A stretch of DNA of 64,000 nucleotides from Eubacteriales bacterium. GTDB lineage: Bacteria > Bacillota > Clostridia > Oscillospirales > CAG-272. The stretch spans positions 644-64,643 of the forward strand of contig JAZSEA010000101.1 in the NCBI GenBank assembly GCA_045531455.1, in the 5' to 3' direction. A model generated the notes under the pieces. It made no database searches, was not told where the DNA came from, and was given only the letters and a program-made list of their open reading frames with translations. Positions 37,057 through 47,948 of the stretch are shown piece by piece (within the stretch, counting starts at the first letter, position 1; each line of letters opens with the position of its first letter). The position numbers and the translations under genes are program-made.

Positions 37057-38211
37057 ATGATCTATCTTGACAATGCGGCGACGTCCTTCCCAAAGCAGCC
37101 CGAGGTTATAAACGAGATGTCGCGCTGTATGCTCGAGTATTGCGGCAACCCCGGGCGCGGCTCGCACAAGCTTGCCTTCGCGGCGGCTGAAAAGATCTAT
37201 GATTGCAGAGTCGCGCTCGCGGATCTCTTCTCCGCAAGTGCGCCCGAGAACGTCATTTTCTGCCAGAACACCACAGCAGCGTTGAATCTCGCGATCCAAG
37301 CCCTCGCCCGCGAAGGCGCACACTTCATCTGCTCTGATATGGAGCACAATTCGGTCCGACGTCCGCTCGAATATCTCGTCCGCGAGAAAGGATGCATTTA
37401 TTCGATTTTCGACTCACACGCGCGAGATCCCTATCGCAGTTCCGTCAAGATCTGCCGCTCGATCGCATCGCTCATTCGTCCCGAAACGGTCGCAGTGATA
37501 TCGACCGCTTGCCCAAATATCTGCTCGCAGAAAATGCCGCTTGATGAGATCGGTGCGCTCTGTAAGAAGCACGGAATCTTCTTCATCGTGGACGGCGCGC
37601 AGGGCGCGGGACACTTCGATATCAGTATGGAGCGTTCAAATATATCGGCTTTGGCTCTGCCCGGGCACAAGGGACTTATGGGCCCTCAGGGTAGTGGTGC
37701 GCTGATCGTTTCGGATGACTTTCCCGCCCGTCCTCTGCTCTACGGAGGCTCGGGAAGTGCCTCTCTCGAGCCCGATATGCCCCTCGAATTGCCCGAAAGG
37801 CTCGAGGCGGGCACTCTCTCAACTCCCGCGATCGTGGGCTTGGAGGCGGGAATCAAGGCTCTGAGCAGTATCGGGCTTGACAAAATATCGTTGCACGAGC
37901 ATATGCTCTTTTCAAAGGCGCAAAGGCTGCTCTCCGAGATCCCTTCGGTAACGGTATACGCGCCGAGGCACGCGGGATCAGTGATCTCATTCAATATCTC
38001 GGGTCTTCCGTCCGACAGGGTTGCAAATCTGCTGTCCGATCGTGATATCTGCGTCCGCGGCGGCTTTCATTGCAATCCTCTGGCGCATACTGCTCTCGGC
38101 AGCGATACGAGCGGAAGTGTGCGCGCCTCTTTCTCCCTTTTCAACACCGCTGACGACGTCTACCGACTCGCAGAAGGAGTCCGCGACATCGCGCGGGGAA
38201 AATATAGATAA
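37057..38211 (+). CDS. class-V PLP-dependent cysteine desulfurase family protein
   Basis: 384 aa. Motifs IYLDNAATSFP, PLP-lysine PGHKGLMGPQGSG, and Cys loop GGFHCNP. Confidence 0.8.
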   Translation: MIYLDNAATSFPKQPEVINEMSRCMLEYCGNPGRGSHKLAFAAAEKIYDCRVALADLFSASAPENVIFCQNTTAALNLAIQALAREGAHFICSDMEHNSVRRPLEYLVREKGCIYSIFDSHARDPYRSSVKICRSIASLIRPETVAVISTACPNICSQKMPLDEIGALCKKHGIFFIVDGAQGAGHFDISMERSNISALALPGHKGLMGPQGSGALIVSDDFPARPLLYGGSGSASLEPDMPLELPERLEAGTLSTPAIVGLEAGIKALSSIGLDKISLHEHMLFSKAQRLLSEIPSVTVYAPRHAGSVISFNISGLPSDRVANLLSDRDICVRGGFHCNPLAHTALGSDTSGSVRASFSLFNTADDVYRLAEGVRDIARGKYR

Positions 38212-38213
38212 TG

Positions 38214-38244
38214 AAAAAAGCCTACCCGAAATTCGGGTAGGCTT
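38214..38244 (-). terminator. intrinsic terminator of the alpha operon (after rplQ)
   Basis: Minus strand: AAGCCTACCCGAA / TTCGGGTAGGCTT, then T6. Also lies just after the convergent cysteine desulfurase gene. Confidence 0.8.
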
Positions 38245-38259
38245 GATTCGTAATGTTAA

Positions 38260-38685
38260 TTACTCTGCGTCTGCAGCCTTCTTAGCCTTCTTGGACTTCT
38301 TTGCTGCCTCTGCAGCTGCTGCAGCCTCTTCCTCTGCCTTGGTGGTTACGAGAGTGATGAGAGCCATCTCTGCTGCGTCACCACGACGGGGACCGAGCTT
38401 GTAAATGCAGGTGTAACCGCCGTTTACATCCTCGTAACGAGGTGCGATCTCGCTGAACAGCTTCTTGATAACCTCATCGGAAGTGATGAAGGCGTGAGCT
38501 GCGCGACGGCTTGCAAGTGTATTCTGCTTACCGAGAGTGATCATCTTCTCAGCAAGTGCACGGACTTCCTTAGCGCGGGTCACAGTGGTCTCAACCTTGC
38601 CGTTCTGAAGCAGGTAGGTAACAAGACCGCGAAGCATTGCTTTTCTGTGAGCGGTAGGTCTGCCGAGTTTTCTAGTTCCGGGCAT
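38260..38685 (-). CDS. rplQ: 50S ribosomal protein L17 with an Ala/Lys/Glu-rich C-terminal tail
   Basis: N-terminus [18 protein letters not shown]. Last gene after rpoA. Confidence 0.95.
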   Translation of the reverse strand: MPGTRKLGRPTAHRKAMLRGLVTYLLQNGKVETTVTRAKEVRALAEKMITLGKQNTLASRRAAHAFITSDEVIKKLFSEIAPRYEDVNGGYTCIYKLGPRRGDAAEMALITLVTTKAEEEAAAAAEAAKKSKKAKKAADAE

Positions 38686-38736
38686 CTTAATGCTCCTCCT
38701 TAATGAATCTGTGTTGTGAATGAAATCGTCCTGCTC

Positions 38737-39714
38737 TTATTCCTCGTCGTTACGAAGTGTAAGACCGAGACTTTCGAGCTTAAGGATGACTTCTTCAAGC
38801 GATTTCTTACCGAGGTTACGAACCTTGATCATTTCGTCCTCGGAGCGGCTGACCAAATCTTCCACCGTGTCAATGCCTGCGCGCTTCAAGCAGTTGAAGC
38901 TACGTACAGACAGGTCAAGTTCCTCAATGGTCATCTCAAGAACCTTTTCTTTTTCCTTTTCGGGTCTCTCAATCATGATCTCCGCGTTCTTTGCTTCATC
39001 CGACAAATCCACAAACAAGTTGAGATGCTCGTTGAGAATCTTGGCACCGAGCGAAATCGCTTCTTTTGCCGTAATGGTTCCGTTTGTCAGAACCTCGAGC
39101 GTGAGTTTATCATAATCGGTCATATTGCTTCCGACACGAGTGTTCTCAACATTGTATCTGACGTTATAAACGGGCGTGTAGATCGAGTCTGTGTAGATCA
39201 GACCGATAGGTGCGGATACCGCAGTACCGAAGCTATCTGCGTGCAGAAGCTTGTTCTTGTCCTGGGATACATAGCCGCGGCCGTTTTCAAAGGTCAGCTC
39301 CATGTAAAGGTGTGCACCCTCTGCAAGTGTTGCGAGATGGTGATCGGAGTTGAGAATAACGATATCGGAGTCCTGCTTGATGTGTCCAGCGGTTACATTG
39401 TCGGGACCAACCGCGTCAAGGATGACAGTCTTAGGTGCCTGAGTATAGAGCTTTGCAACAATGCCCTTGATATTCAGGACGATCTCTGTCAGATCCTCTG
39501 CAACACCGGGAAGCGAGGTAAATTCGTGTAATGCACCGTCTACCTTGATAGATGTGACAGCTACACCGGGAAGCGAGCTCATAAGAACTCTGCGAAGCGA
39601 GTTACCGAGTGTTGTTCCGTAACCGCGCTCAAGGGGCTCAACGATAAATGTACCGCTTCTGCCGTCTTCGCTTTCATCTACCGTTACGATATTTGGCTTT
39701 TGAATCTCTATCAT
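38737..39714 (-). CDS. rpoA: DNA-directed RNA polymerase subunit alpha
   Basis: [14 protein letters not shown], and C-terminal domain [16 protein letters not shown]. Confidence 0.97.
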   Translation of the reverse strand: MIEIQKPNIVTVDESEDGRSGTFIVEPLERGYGTTLGNSLRRVLMSSLPGVAVTSIKVDGALHEFTSLPGVAEDLTEIVLNIKGIVAKLYTQAPKTVILDAVGPDNVTAGHIKQDSDIVILNSDHHLATLAEGAHLYMELTFENGRGYVSQDKNKLLHADSFGTAVSAPIGLIYTDSIYTPVYNVRYNVENTRVGSNMTDYDKLTLEVLTNGTITAKEAISLGAKILNEHLNLFVDLSDEAKNAEIMIERPEKEKEKVLEMTIEELDLSVRSFNCLKRAGIDTVEDLVSRSEDEMIKVRNLGKKSLEEVILKLESLGLTLRNDEE

Positions 39715-39837
39715 TCCAGATTATACCCTCCAATAATTTTTAAGCTTGCGATAATGGTTTATGCGCATGTTTTGTGCTCCCACGTATTCACGCACACCCC
39801 CAAAGCCGGAGTGCAGCCTGTGGGAGAATGTGCGGTA

Positions 39838-40494
39838 TTACTTGGAATAGAGCTCGACGATGAGCTGCTCGTTGAAGTCGAAGCCTACGTCTTCTCTGGT
39901 GGGAAGAGCGATGACCTTTGCAGATGCCTTTGCAGCGTCTACTTCAAGCCACTTGGGAGCGTTCTTGCTGCCCATAGCCTCTACGAGAGCCTTGATGGAA
40001 TCCTTCTCGAGTGCGTTCTCTGCAACAGAGATAACATCACCAACTCTGATGGAGTAGGAAGGAATGTTGACCTTCTTGCCGTTTACACGGATGTGGTCGT
40101 GGAGTGTGAGCTGACGGGACTGAGTTCTGGACTCACCGAAGCCCATACGGAATACTGCGTTATCGAGACGTCTCTCAAGAAGAATGAGAAGATTCTCACC
40201 GGTCATACCGGGCATACGGTCTGCCTTCTCGTAGTAGTTGTAGAACTGACGCTCGAGAACGCCGTAAACGCGTCTTACCTTCTCCTTCTCACGGAGCTGT
40301 CTTCCGTACTCCTGCAGTTTCTTCTTAGCAGCACCGTGCTGACCGGGAGCTGCGGGACCTGCATTACGGTTACGGGAATTGGGATCAATACGGTCAAAGG
40401 GGCACTTGCCGGAAGTGCAACGCTCGCCCTTGAGGAAGAGCTTTACGCCCTCTCTGCGGCAAAGCTTGCATACAGGACCTGTATATCTTGCCAT
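39838..40494 (-). CDS. rpsD: 30S ribosomal protein S4
   Basis: [26 protein letters not shown]. Confidence 0.97.
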   Translation of the reverse strand: MARYTGPVCKLCRREGVKLFLKGERCTSGKCPFDRIDPNSRNRNAGPAAPGQHGAAKKKLQEYGRQLREKEKVRRVYGVLERQFYNYYEKADRMPGMTGENLLILLERRLDNAVFRMGFGESRTQSRQLTLHDHIRVNGKKVNIPSYSIRVGDVISVAENALEKDSIKALVEAMGSKNAPKWLEVDAAKASAKVIALPTREDVGFDFNEQLIVELYSK

Positions 40495-40518
40495 AATTGT
40501 GGTTCCTCCTTTTCTAGA

Positions 40519-40914
40519 TCAAACGCGGCGGCGCTTGGGGGGTCTGCATCCATTGTGGGGTACAGGGGTAACGTCTTTAATCATTGTAATCTGAAGACCG
40601 ACAGTCTCGAGTGCGCGGATCGCGGACTCACGTCCTGCTCCGGGGCCTCTGACATAAACCTCAACCGACTTAAGACCATGCTCCATTGCTGCCTTTGCAG
40701 CAGTCTCGGAAGCGGACTGAGCGGCGAAGGGGGTAGACTTTCTGGAGCCCTTGAATCCGAGTTCACCTGCGGAAGCCCAAGAAATTGCATTACCCTCGGT
40801 ATCGGTTACGGTAACGATGGTGTTATTGAAGGTAGCACGAATGTGTACCTGGCCGTTCGGAATATTCTTCTTATCGCGGCGCTTCTTGATAACCTTCTTT
40901 GCAACTTTAGCCAT
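40519..40914 (-). CDS. rpsK: 30S ribosomal protein S11
   Basis: [10 protein letters not shown]...[14 protein letters not shown]. Confidence 0.97.
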   Translation of the reverse strand: MAKVAKKVIKKRRDKKNIPNGQVHIRATFNNTIVTVTDTEGNAISWASAGELGFKGSRKSTPFAAQSASETAAKAAMEHGLKSVEVYVRGPGAGRESAIRALETVGLQITMIKDVTPVPHNGCRPPKRRRV

Positions 40915-40917
40915 AAC

Positions 40918-41292
40918 TTACGAACCTTTCTTCTTGTTTGCGATAGTCTTAACGGGACCCTTACGAGTTCTTGCATTGGTCTTAGTTCTCTGACCTCTTA
41001 CAGGGAGTCCCTTTCTGTGACGGATACCGCGATAGCAGTTAATTTCTACAAGACGCTTGATGTTGAGAGCAACGTCACGGCGAAGGTCACCTTCTACAAC
41101 GTAGTTGTTCTCGATCTCGTCACGGAGCTTAGCAACCTCATCTTCAGTGAGGTCCTTAGCGCGGGTGTCGGGATTGATGCCGGTCTTTGCAAGGATGTCA
41201 TTAGCACTCTTGCGGCCGATACCGTAGATATAGGTAAGAGCAATCTCAACACGCTTGGAATTAGGAATATCAACACCAGCTATACGAGCCAT
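40918..41292 (-). CDS. rpsM: 30S ribosomal protein S13
   Basis: [24 protein letters not shown]. Confidence 0.97.
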   Translation of the reverse strand: MARIAGVDIPNSKRVEIALTYIYGIGRKSANDILAKTGINPDTRAKDLTEDEVAKLRDEIENNYVVEGDLRRDVALNIKRLVEINCYRGIRHRKGLPVRGQRTKTNARTRKGPVKTIANKKKGS

Positions 41293-41325
41293 TCTGTTAA
41301 TCCTTTCTTTCTCTTAAATTCGCTA

Positions 41326-41439
41326 TCAACCCTGGCGCTGCTTGTGCTTGGGGTTCTCGCAGATGACCATTACACGGCCGTGTCTCTTGATGATCTTGCA
41401 CTTTTCGCAGATCTTCTTAACGGATGGCTTAACTTTCAT
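41326..41439 (-). CDS. rpmJ: 50S ribosomal protein L36 (zinc-ribbon form)
   Basis: Not in the ORF track because it is under 60 aa. My manual translation gives [37 protein letters not shown]. Confidence 0.95.
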   Translation of the reverse strand: MKVKPSVKKICEKCKIIKRHGRVMVICENPKHKQRQG

Positions 41440-41468
41440 TTTTAACCATACCTTTCTGATATTTGTAC

Positions 41469-41687
41469 TTATTTCGTACGCCAGGTGATTCGTCCCTTAT
41501 TGAGGTCGTATACAGAAACCTCAACGGTTACGTGGTCACCGGGCAGAATTCTAATAAAATTCTGTCTCAGCTTTCCCGAAATATGTGCGGTCACGATGTG
41601 GCCGTTGGGAAGCTGAACCTTGAAGACTGTGTTGGGCAGTGCCTCAACGACAGTGCCTTCAAATTCGATTACGTCGTTCTTAGGCAT
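41469..41687 (-). CDS. infA: translation initiation factor IF-1
   Basis: 72 aa from [19 protein letters not shown]. The ORF track start at 41726 is an upstream in-frame extension. Confidence 0.95.
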   Translation of the reverse strand: MPKNDVIEFEGTVVEALPNTVFKVQLPNGHIVTAHISGKLRQNFIRILPGDHVTVEVSVYDLNKGRITWRTK

Positions 41688-41718
41688 AACTTTTCTCCAT
41701 TCATATTTTCGGTTGAGC

Positions 41719-42474
41719 TCACTCAAGCGGAGCCGTGAGGATCACGGGTCCTTCGTGAGTGATTGCGACGGTGTTCTCATAATGTGCAGAGAGCGTTCCG
41801 TCTGCGGTCTTGACGGTCCAACCGTCGGATAACTGACGAACCTCGCATCCGCCTACGTTTACCATCGGTTCGATGGCAAGGGTCATACCCGCCATAAGCT
41901 TGACTCCGCGTCCCGCTGTTCCGAAATTCGGTACCTCGGGATCCTCGTGGAGGTCGTGTCCGACTCCGTGACCAATATACCTTCTTACTACGCTGAAGCC
42001 TTCAGCCTCAACGCAACTCTGTATCGCGTGTCCGATATCGCCGATTCTGTTCGACTCACGGCACTGATTGAGTCCGCAATAGAAGCTCTTCTTTGTGGTC
42101 TCGATCAGTCTTGCTGTCTCGCGGCTTACGCTGCCGACAGCAAAGGTTCTTGCCATATCAGAGTTAAATCCCTTATAGAAGGCACCTGTATCGATCTTAA
42201 CGATATCACCCTCGAAGAGTATTCTCTTCTTCGACGGAATGCCGTGGATGACCTCGTCGTTGATGCTGATACAAGCGCTTCCCGGGAAACCGCCGTATCC
42301 GAGGAAGCCGGGGCGTGCACCGCATTTTTCAATGTGTGCTCTGATAACCTTGTCGATCTCATAGGTGGAGACACCCTCGCGGATGATCTCGCGCGCCTTG
42401 AACATCGCCTCATAGGCTATCCTGCCGGCCTCTCTCATGACGGCTATCTGTTGGGGATTTTTGATCGGTATCAT
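41719..42474 (-). CDS. map: type I methionine aminopeptidase
   Basis: [24 protein letters not shown], and the GHGVG motif. Confidence 0.95.
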   Translation of the reverse strand: MIPIKNPQQIAVMREAGRIAYEAMFKAREIIREGVSTYEIDKVIRAHIEKCGARPGFLGYGGFPGSACISINDEVIHGIPSKKRILFEGDIVKIDTGAFYKGFNSDMARTFAVGSVSRETARLIETTKKSFYCGLNQCRESNRIGDIGHAIQSCVEAEGFSVVRRYIGHGVGHDLHEDPEVPNFGTAGRGVKLMAGMTLAIEPMVNVGGCEVRQLSDGWTVKTADGTLSAHYENTVAITHEGPVILTAPLE

Positions 42475-43115
42475 TATCTGCCGCCAACCTTGACAAGTGC
42501 TTCGCGCACAAGTCTTGTTGTATCCTCAACCTCTTCCTGACCTTCGACGCGGACAAGCTTACCTCTCTCGTTATAGAAAGCGAGGAGCGGCTCGGTCTGC
42601 GCGTGGTAGTTATGAAGTCTGGTGAGTACTGTTTCAGCCTTATCGTCGGCTCTGATATAGAGCTCCGAGGAGCACTTATCGCAGATGCCTTCGACCTTGG
42701 ACGGTTTGTAGTCGATGTGGTAGGATGCGCCGCACTTGCAAACGCGTCTGCCCGACATACGAGCTACGATTCTTTCATCGCTGACATCGATCGAAAGGAC
42801 TGCGTCGATCTCGACGCCCATCTTCTCGAGTGCTTCTGCCTGCGCGATGGAACGGGGGAAGCCGTCAAGAATGAATCCGTTTGCACACGCCTCGGACTTA
42901 AGATAGTCACGGACGATGCCGATTACGATCTCATCGGGGACGAGATCACCGTTCTCGACGTAACCCTTGGCAGTCTTACCGAGCTCGGTACCTGCTGCCA
43001 TGGCGTCGCGAAGGATCTGTCCCGTAGAAATCGCGGGGATATTCTCTCTTGCGGCAATGATTTCGGCCTGTGTGCCTTTACCCGCACCGGGGGCGCCCAT
43101 AATGATAAGATTCAT
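42474..43115 (-). CDS. adk: adenylate kinase
   Basis: GAPGAGKGTQ P-loop. Cys-containing lid CKCG...CDKC. Confidence 0.96.
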   Translation of the reverse strand: MNLIIMGAPGAGKGTQAEIIAARENIPAISTGQILRDAMAAGTELGKTAKGYVENGDLVPDEIVIGIVRDYLKSEACANGFILDGFPRSIAQAEALEKMGVEIDAVLSIDVSDERIVARMSGRRVCKCGASYHIDYKPSKVEGICDKCSSELYIRADDKAETVLTRLHNYHAQTEPLLAFYNERGKLVRVEGQEEVEDTTRLVREALVKVGGR

Positions 43116-43151
43116 TATATTCTTTCCTCCGAAACTATCCGCGGGCCGGTA

Positions 43152-44489
43152 TTAACCGAAGAGACCCTTAGTCTTGGAGCCGCTCATATTACGGAGGGCG
43201 AGCTGTGCATCGAGATCACGTACGGTCTCAAGTGCAACACCAACAACGATGAGGAGCGAGTTGCCGCCGAAAGCGATTGCGGAGAACGCTACGCTGTGGG
43301 GATCGATCGTCGTGATAACGATGTTGATGAGCATGGGAAGACCCGAGATGATGCAAAGGAAGATCGCACCGATAAGAGTAACTCTGTTAAGAATCTTCTT
43401 GATATACATAATGGTGGGCTTACCCGAACGGATGCCGGGGATCGAGCCGCCATTCTTCTGAATGTTGTTCGCAACCTCAACAGGGTTGAAGGAAATGAGT
43501 ACGTAGAAGTACGCAAATACGATGATCAGACCCAGGTTGATGATGAGGTAGAGCCAAGTATTATAGTTGAAGAACTCATTAATAAAGTTGGCAAAACCGC
43601 TGTTCGGGAAGAACGCTGCGATGGTTGCGGGGAGAGATACGATGGAGCTTGCGAAGATAACGGGCATAACGCCGTTCATGTTCAGCTTCATCGGCAGGTT
43701 AGAGGATTGATTGTTGTATATCTTTCTTCCGACTACGCGCTTAGCGTACTGGATCGGAATTCTGCGCTCGGATTCGGTGAACCAAACGATGAATACAACG
43801 CTTGCGAGAACGAATACGATAGCGAAGAGTGCGATGAAGAGGCCGCCGAGGTTAAAGCCTGCGAAAGTGGAGGGTCCTTCGAATACTGTGGTCCAGAGAG
43901 AACCGATCATTCCGGGAAGACCTGAGATAATGTTTGCGAAAAGGATCATGGAAACACCGTTGCCGATGCCGTGGTCATTTACCTTTTCAGCAAGCCACAT
44001 GATGATGGAAGCACCTGCGCAGTAGCAAGCAACGATGACTACCTTACCGAAGAAGGTGATGCCGCTTACGAGCATTCCGGCTGTCTCCATATATGCGAGA
44101 TAACCGATAGCGGTAAGAACTGCAAGACCGACTGTGGTGTAACGGGTAATCTTGGTGATGAGTGCTCTGCCCTCTTCGCCGTTCTTCGAGAGTCTCTCAA
44201 GTGCGGGGATCGCAACTGTGAGAAGCTGAATAACGATCGAGGAGGTGATGTAGGGGGATACGGAAAGTGCAAACAGAGTTGCCTTTGCGAATGCATCACC
44301 CGAAAGCAGGTTGAGGTAGGTGAAAATTGAACCGGATGCGCTCTGTGCAAACATAGCATATGCATCGGGGTTGATGAAGGGAACGGGAATCTGCGCGCCA
44401 AGGCGGTAAACAACGAGGATCAGCAGAGTAAACAGGAGTTTAGAGCGGAGCTCAGCTACCTTCCAGGCATTTTTGAATGTCGCAAACAT
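43152..44489 (-). CDS. secY: preprotein translocase subunit SecY
   Basis: Polytopic. ATG at 44489 (MFATFKNAWKV), 7 nt after GGAGG. Sits between rplO and adk. Confidence 0.95.
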   Translation of the reverse strand: MFATFKNAWKVAELRSKLLFTLLILVVYRLGAQIPVPFINPDAYAMFAQSASGSIFTYLNLLSGDAFAKATLFALSVSPYITSSIVIQLLTVAIPALERLSKNGEEGRALITKITRYTTVGLAVLTAIGYLAYMETAGMLVSGITFFGKVVIVACYCAGASIIMWLAEKVNDHGIGNGVSMILFANIISGLPGMIGSLWTTVFEGPSTFAGFNLGGLFIALFAIVFVLASVVFIVWFTESERRIPIQYAKRVVGRKIYNNQSSNLPMKLNMNGVMPVIFASSIVSLPATIAAFFPNSGFANFINEFFNYNTWLYLIINLGLIIVFAYFYVLISFNPVEVANNIQKNGGSIPGIRSGKPTIMYIKKILNRVTLIGAIFLCIISGLPMLINIVITTIDPHSVAFSAIAFGGNSLLIVVGVALETVRDLDAQLALRNMSGSKTKGLFG

Positions 44490-44491
44490 CC

Positions 44492-44935
44492 TTATACCTC
44501 CTCGCAACTTCCGCCTGCTGCTTCGATCTTTTCCTTAGCTGCTGCAGAGAACTTAGCAGCCTTAACGGTAAGCTTCTTGGTGATCTCGCCATTGCCGAGA
44601 ACCTTGAGACCGTCCTGTGCCTTGCGAATTACGCGAGCATCAAGAAGAGTCTGGATATCGACGATAGCGCCGTCCTCAAAGCGGTTGAGATCGCTTACGT
44701 TGATGGTTGCATAAACGGTTGCAAATCTCTTGTTGTTGAAGCCTCTCTTAGGAAGCTGTCTGTAGATCGGGAACTGTCCGCCCTCGAAACCGGGTCTTAC
44801 GCCGCCGCCGGAGCGAGCATTCTGTCCCTTGTGGCCCTTGCCTGCGGTCTTGCCGTTGCCGGAGCCGGGTCCGCGACCCTTGCGGTATCTTTCCTGAACG
44901 GAACCTTCTGCGGGTCTGAGTTCATTAAGCTTCAT
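44492..44935 (-). CDS. rplO: 50S ribosomal protein L15
   Basis: [12 protein letters not shown]...[19 protein letters not shown]. Confidence 0.96.
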   Translation of the reverse strand: MKLNELRPAEGSVQERYRKGRGPGSGNGKTAGKGHKGQNARSGGGVRPGFEGGQFPIYRQLPKRGFNNKRFATVYATINVSDLNRFEDGAIVDIQTLLDARVIRKAQDGLKVLGNGEITKKLTVKAAKFSAAAKEKIEAAGGSCEEV

Positions 44936-44949
44936 GTCTGCTTCCTCCT

Positions 44950-45126
44950 TTACTCTACATCCTCAACGGATACGAGGTGGGAGATAACTCTTACCTTACC
45001 GTCAAGTACGGGACCTTCCTGGTGAAGGACGAAGTCGCCGATTTTCTTGAGGCCGAGAGAAGCAGCGGTGAGCTTCTGATTCGGCTTAGCGCAGATGAGG
45101 GACTTTACGAGAGTTACTTTCTTCAT
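44950..45126 (-). CDS. rpmD: 50S ribosomal protein L30
   Basis: Not in the ORF track (58 aa). My manual translation gives [62 protein letters not shown] overlap with the rpsE stop. Confidence 0.9.
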   Translation of the reverse strand: MKKVTLVKSLICAKPNQKLTAASLGLKKIGDFVLHQEGPVLDGKVRVISHLVSVEDVE

Positions 45127-45641
45127 TTCTGAGTACCTCCCTTAACGTCGTCTGCGGTGATATCACGAGTGCGAGCAACTTCCTCAACGGTGCGGAGCTC
45201 AGAGAGTCCTGCGAGGGTTGCCTTAACTACGTTGATGGGGTTATTGGAACGAAGGCACTTTGCACGAATGTTGTGAATGCCTGCAGCCTCAAGGACCATA
45301 CGAACCTTGGAGCCTGCGATGATACCGGTACCGGGAGCAGCGGGCTTGAGAAGCACCTTGCCTGCGCCGAACACGCCCATAACCTGGTGAGGAATGGTTG
45401 TGCCCTTGAGGGAAACGGTGATCATGTTCTTCTTTGCGTCTTCAACGCCTTTACGGATGGCCTCGGTAACCTCGGCAGCCTTGCCGATACCTACGCCAAC
45501 GTGTCCCTGGCCGTCGCCTACTACCATGAGAGCAGCGAAACGAGCGATACGTCCACCTTTAACGGTCTTGGAAACACGGTTCAGTGCTACGAGGTTTTCA
45601 ATGTACTGCTTTTCCTCGTAATTATTGTTTCTGAATGCCAT
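45123..45641 (-). CDS. rpsE: 30S ribosomal protein S5
   Basis: [12 protein letters not shown] motif; position in the spc operon. Confidence 0.96.
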   Translation of the reverse strand: MAFRNNNYEEKQYIENLVALNRVSKTVKGGRIARFAALMVVGDGQGHVGVGIGKAAEVTEAIRKGVEDAKKNMITVSLKGTTIPHQVMGVFGAGKVLLKPAAPGTGIIAGSKVRMVLEAAGIHNIRAKCLRSNNPINVVKATLAGLSELRTVEEVARTRDITADDVKGGTQK

Positions 45642-45709
45642 TTTAATCTCCTAATTTGTTCAATTAATATTAGTTGAACAGTGTACAAACCGGAATAAAG
45701 TCTTGCGAC

Positions 45710-46066
45710 TCAGAACTTCAGGCCGCCCTCGCGAGCGCCGTCAGCCAGTTCCGATACACGTCCGTGATAAAGATAGCCGCCGCGGTCGAATACGACTTCG
45801 GTGATACCCTTCTCGATTGCTCTTTCGGCAACAAGCTTGCCGACCTTCTTGGCAGCCTCTTTGTTGCCGCCAACTTCAAAATCCTTCTCGTAGGAAGAAG
45901 CACTTACAAGAGTGATGCCCTTGACATCATCGATGATCTGTGCGCTGATATTGTTAGTGGAACGATATACAGCGAGACGAGGACGCTCAGATGTGCCGGA
46001 GATCTTTGCTCTGACTCTGGTATGTCTCTTGATACGCGCTGCGTTCTTATCCTTCTTAGATACCAT
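45710..46066 (-). CDS. rplR: 50S ribosomal protein L18
   Basis: [19 protein letters not shown], and C-terminal [11 protein letters not shown]. Confidence 0.96.
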   Translation of the reverse strand: MVSKKDKNAARIKRHTRVRAKISGTSERPRLAVYRSTNNISAQIIDDVKGITLVSASSYEKDFEVGGNKEAAKKVGKLVAERAIEKGITEVVFDRGGYLYHGRVSELADGAREGGLKF

Positions 46067-46085
46067 TTCTCTTTACTCCTCTCTC

Positions 46086-46652
46086 TTAGTTCTTCTTCTT
46101 CATTTCCTTACGACGGACATTCTCGCCTGCGTAACGGATACCCTTCTGGTGGTAAGGCTCGGGAGGTCTCTTACCGCGGATAACTGCTGCGATCTGGCCT
46201 ACAGCCTGCTTGCTGTTACCCTTGATGGTAATGGTGATCGGAACGACCTTCTCTGCAACCTCGAAGGTGATGCCTTCGGGCTGAGCGATTGTGAACTTTG
46301 CCTGGGGCTTTCCGTTTACGAGGGAGTGACCTACGTAAAGGAGAAGGTTATTACCCTGCATGGTTGCTCTGTAACCGGTACCGTGGATCTCGAGTACGCG
46401 GGTGTAACCCTCGGTTACGCCGATAACCATGTTGTTGATAAGTGTACGGGTGAGACCGTGGAGGCTTCTGTCAGCCTTCTCATCGGTGGGACGCTCAACA
46501 GTAAGAACGCCTGCCTCAACCTTAACAGTCATTCTCTCCGAGATCTTCTCGGTGAGAGTTCCGCGGGGACCCTTAACGGTTACGAGGCCGGACTCAGCCT
46601 TGACCTCAACGCCTGCGGGGAGGGTGATGGGGTTTCTACCAATTCTAGACAT
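46086..46652 (-). CDS. rplF: 50S ribosomal protein L6
   Basis: MSRIGRNPITLPAGVEV. Confidence 0.96.
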   Translation of the reverse strand: MSRIGRNPITLPAGVEVKAESGLVTVKGPRGTLTEKISERMTVKVEAGVLTVERPTDEKADRSLHGLTRTLINNMVIGVTEGYTRVLEIHGTGYRATMQGNNLLLYVGHSLVNGKPQAKFTIAQPEGITFEVAEKVVPITITIKGNSKQAVGQIAAVIRGKRPPEPYHQKGIRYAGENVRRKEMKKKN

Positions 46653-46667
46653 CTTACTACCTCCTTA

Positions 46668-47066
46668 TTACCATACAAAGGCAAGCACTTCGCCGCCAAC
46701 CTTCTCTTTACGAGCCTGCTTGTCGGTCATGATGCCCTTGGAAGTGGATACGATAGCGATGCCGAGACCGTTCATTACACGGGGCATTTCCTCACAGCCT
46801 GCGTAGATACGGAGACCGGGCTTGGAAACTCTGCGGATACCGCGGAGAACCTTCTGCTTCTTGCCTGTGTACTTAAGGGTTACACGGATGATACCCTGCT
46901 TGCCGTCTTCGATGGTCTCGAAAGCGGAAACATAACCCTCGTTTACGAGGATTTCGGCGATTGCCTTCTTCATGTTGGATGCCGGAATGTCCACAGTTGC
47001 ATGCTTTGCATCGTTAGCATTTCTGATTCTTGTGAGCATATCGGCGATAACGTCTGACATTTGCAT
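46668..47066 (-). CDS. rpsH: 30S ribosomal protein S8
   Basis: [13 protein letters not shown]. Confidence 0.96.
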   Translation of the reverse strand: MQMSDVIADMLTRIRNANDAKHATVDIPASNMKKAIAEILVNEGYVSAFETIEDGKQGIIRVTLKYTGKKQKVLRGIRRVSKPGLRIYAGCEEMPRVMNGLGIAIVSTSKGIMTDKQARKEKVGGEVLAFVW

Positions 47067-47187
47067 TTTAATTTTCCTCCATATGCAAGTTTAATTTATC
47101 TTGCTGCCGTTGGCAAACGGCGGCGTATCGGCGGTTAAATCGGGCCGCAGCTTAATTTCCTACCGATAGTGTGGGGTTGGTAATTTC

Positions 47188-47373
47188 TTACCAGGATGCC
47201 TTTCTTACGCCCGGGATCTGGCCCTTGTAAGCCAGCTCGCGGAAGCAGATACGGCAGATGCCGTACTTACGAAGGTAAGCGTGGGGACGGCCGCAGATCT
47301 TGCAACGGTTGTACTCACGGGTGGAGAACTTCTGCTTTGCCTGCTGCTTGTTAATCATTGCCTTCTTTGCCAT
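47188..47373 (-). CDS. rpsN: 30S ribosomal protein S14, type Z (zinc-binding)
   Basis: 61 aa. CKICGR...CRIC and C-terminal RKASW. Confidence 0.95.
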   Translation of the reverse strand: MAKKAMINKQQAKQKFSTREYNRCKICGRPHAYLRKYGICRICFRELAYKGQIPGVRKASW

Positions 47374-47391
47374 TTTTGCCTACCTCCTTGA

Positions 47392-47934
47392 TTAGTTCTT
47401 TGCGAAGGGAGCGCCGAGCGCTGCAAGCAGTGCGCGAGCCTCTTCATCAGTGTTAGCGGTGGTTACGAAGCAGATATCCATACCGCGGATCTTGTCGATC
47501 TTATCGTACTCGATCTCGGGGAAGATGAGCTGCTCCTTAAGTCCGAGAGCATAGTTTCCTCTGCCGTCGAAAGCGTCGGGGTTGATACCCTTGAAGTCAC
47601 GTACGCGGGGGAGAGCGAAGTTGAAGAGCTTGTCAACAAACTCGTACATTCTCTCGTCGCGGAGAGTAACCTTTGCACCAATGGTCATGCCTTCACGAAC
47701 CTTGAAGTTTGCGACGGACTTACGAGCCTTGGTGGGAACTGCCTTCTGACCGGTGATGAGGGTGAGGTCGCCGATGATGTTCTCGATGACCTTAGCATTA
47801 TCTCTAGCCTCGCTGGAGCCTACGTTGAGGACAACCTTGTCAAGGCGGGGGATCTGCATGGTGCTCTTGTAACCGAACTGCTGCATGAGTGCGGGAGCTA
47901 CTTCGTTTCTATAAGTTTCCTTAAGTCTTGCCAT
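47392..47934 (-). CDS. rplE: 50S ribosomal protein L5
   Basis: [12 protein letters not shown]; position in the spc operon. Confidence 0.96.
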   Translation of the reverse strand: MARLKETYRNEVAPALMQQFGYKSTMQIPRLDKVVLNVGSSEARDNAKVIENIIGDLTLITGQKAVPTKARKSVANFKVREGMTIGAKVTLRDERMYEFVDKLFNFALPRVRDFKGINPDAFDGRGNYALGLKEQLIFPEIEYDKIDKIRGMDICFVTTANTDEEARALLAALGAPFAKN

Positions 47935-47948
47935 AATTCCCTACCTCC

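Noticed and set aside
39700-41445. 581-aa plus-strand ORF spanning rpsD, rpsK, rpsM and rpmJ. Similar long antisense ORFs occur at 3383-4480, 13741-15057, 15197-16306, 23730-25292, 42603-43925, 45912-47057 and 52711-53631.
   Set aside because: All lie antisense to highly conserved genes that I can identify by motif. Their sequences are low-complexity (L/V/S/D/G-rich) and cross several real gene boundaries. They are treated as non-coding shadows.
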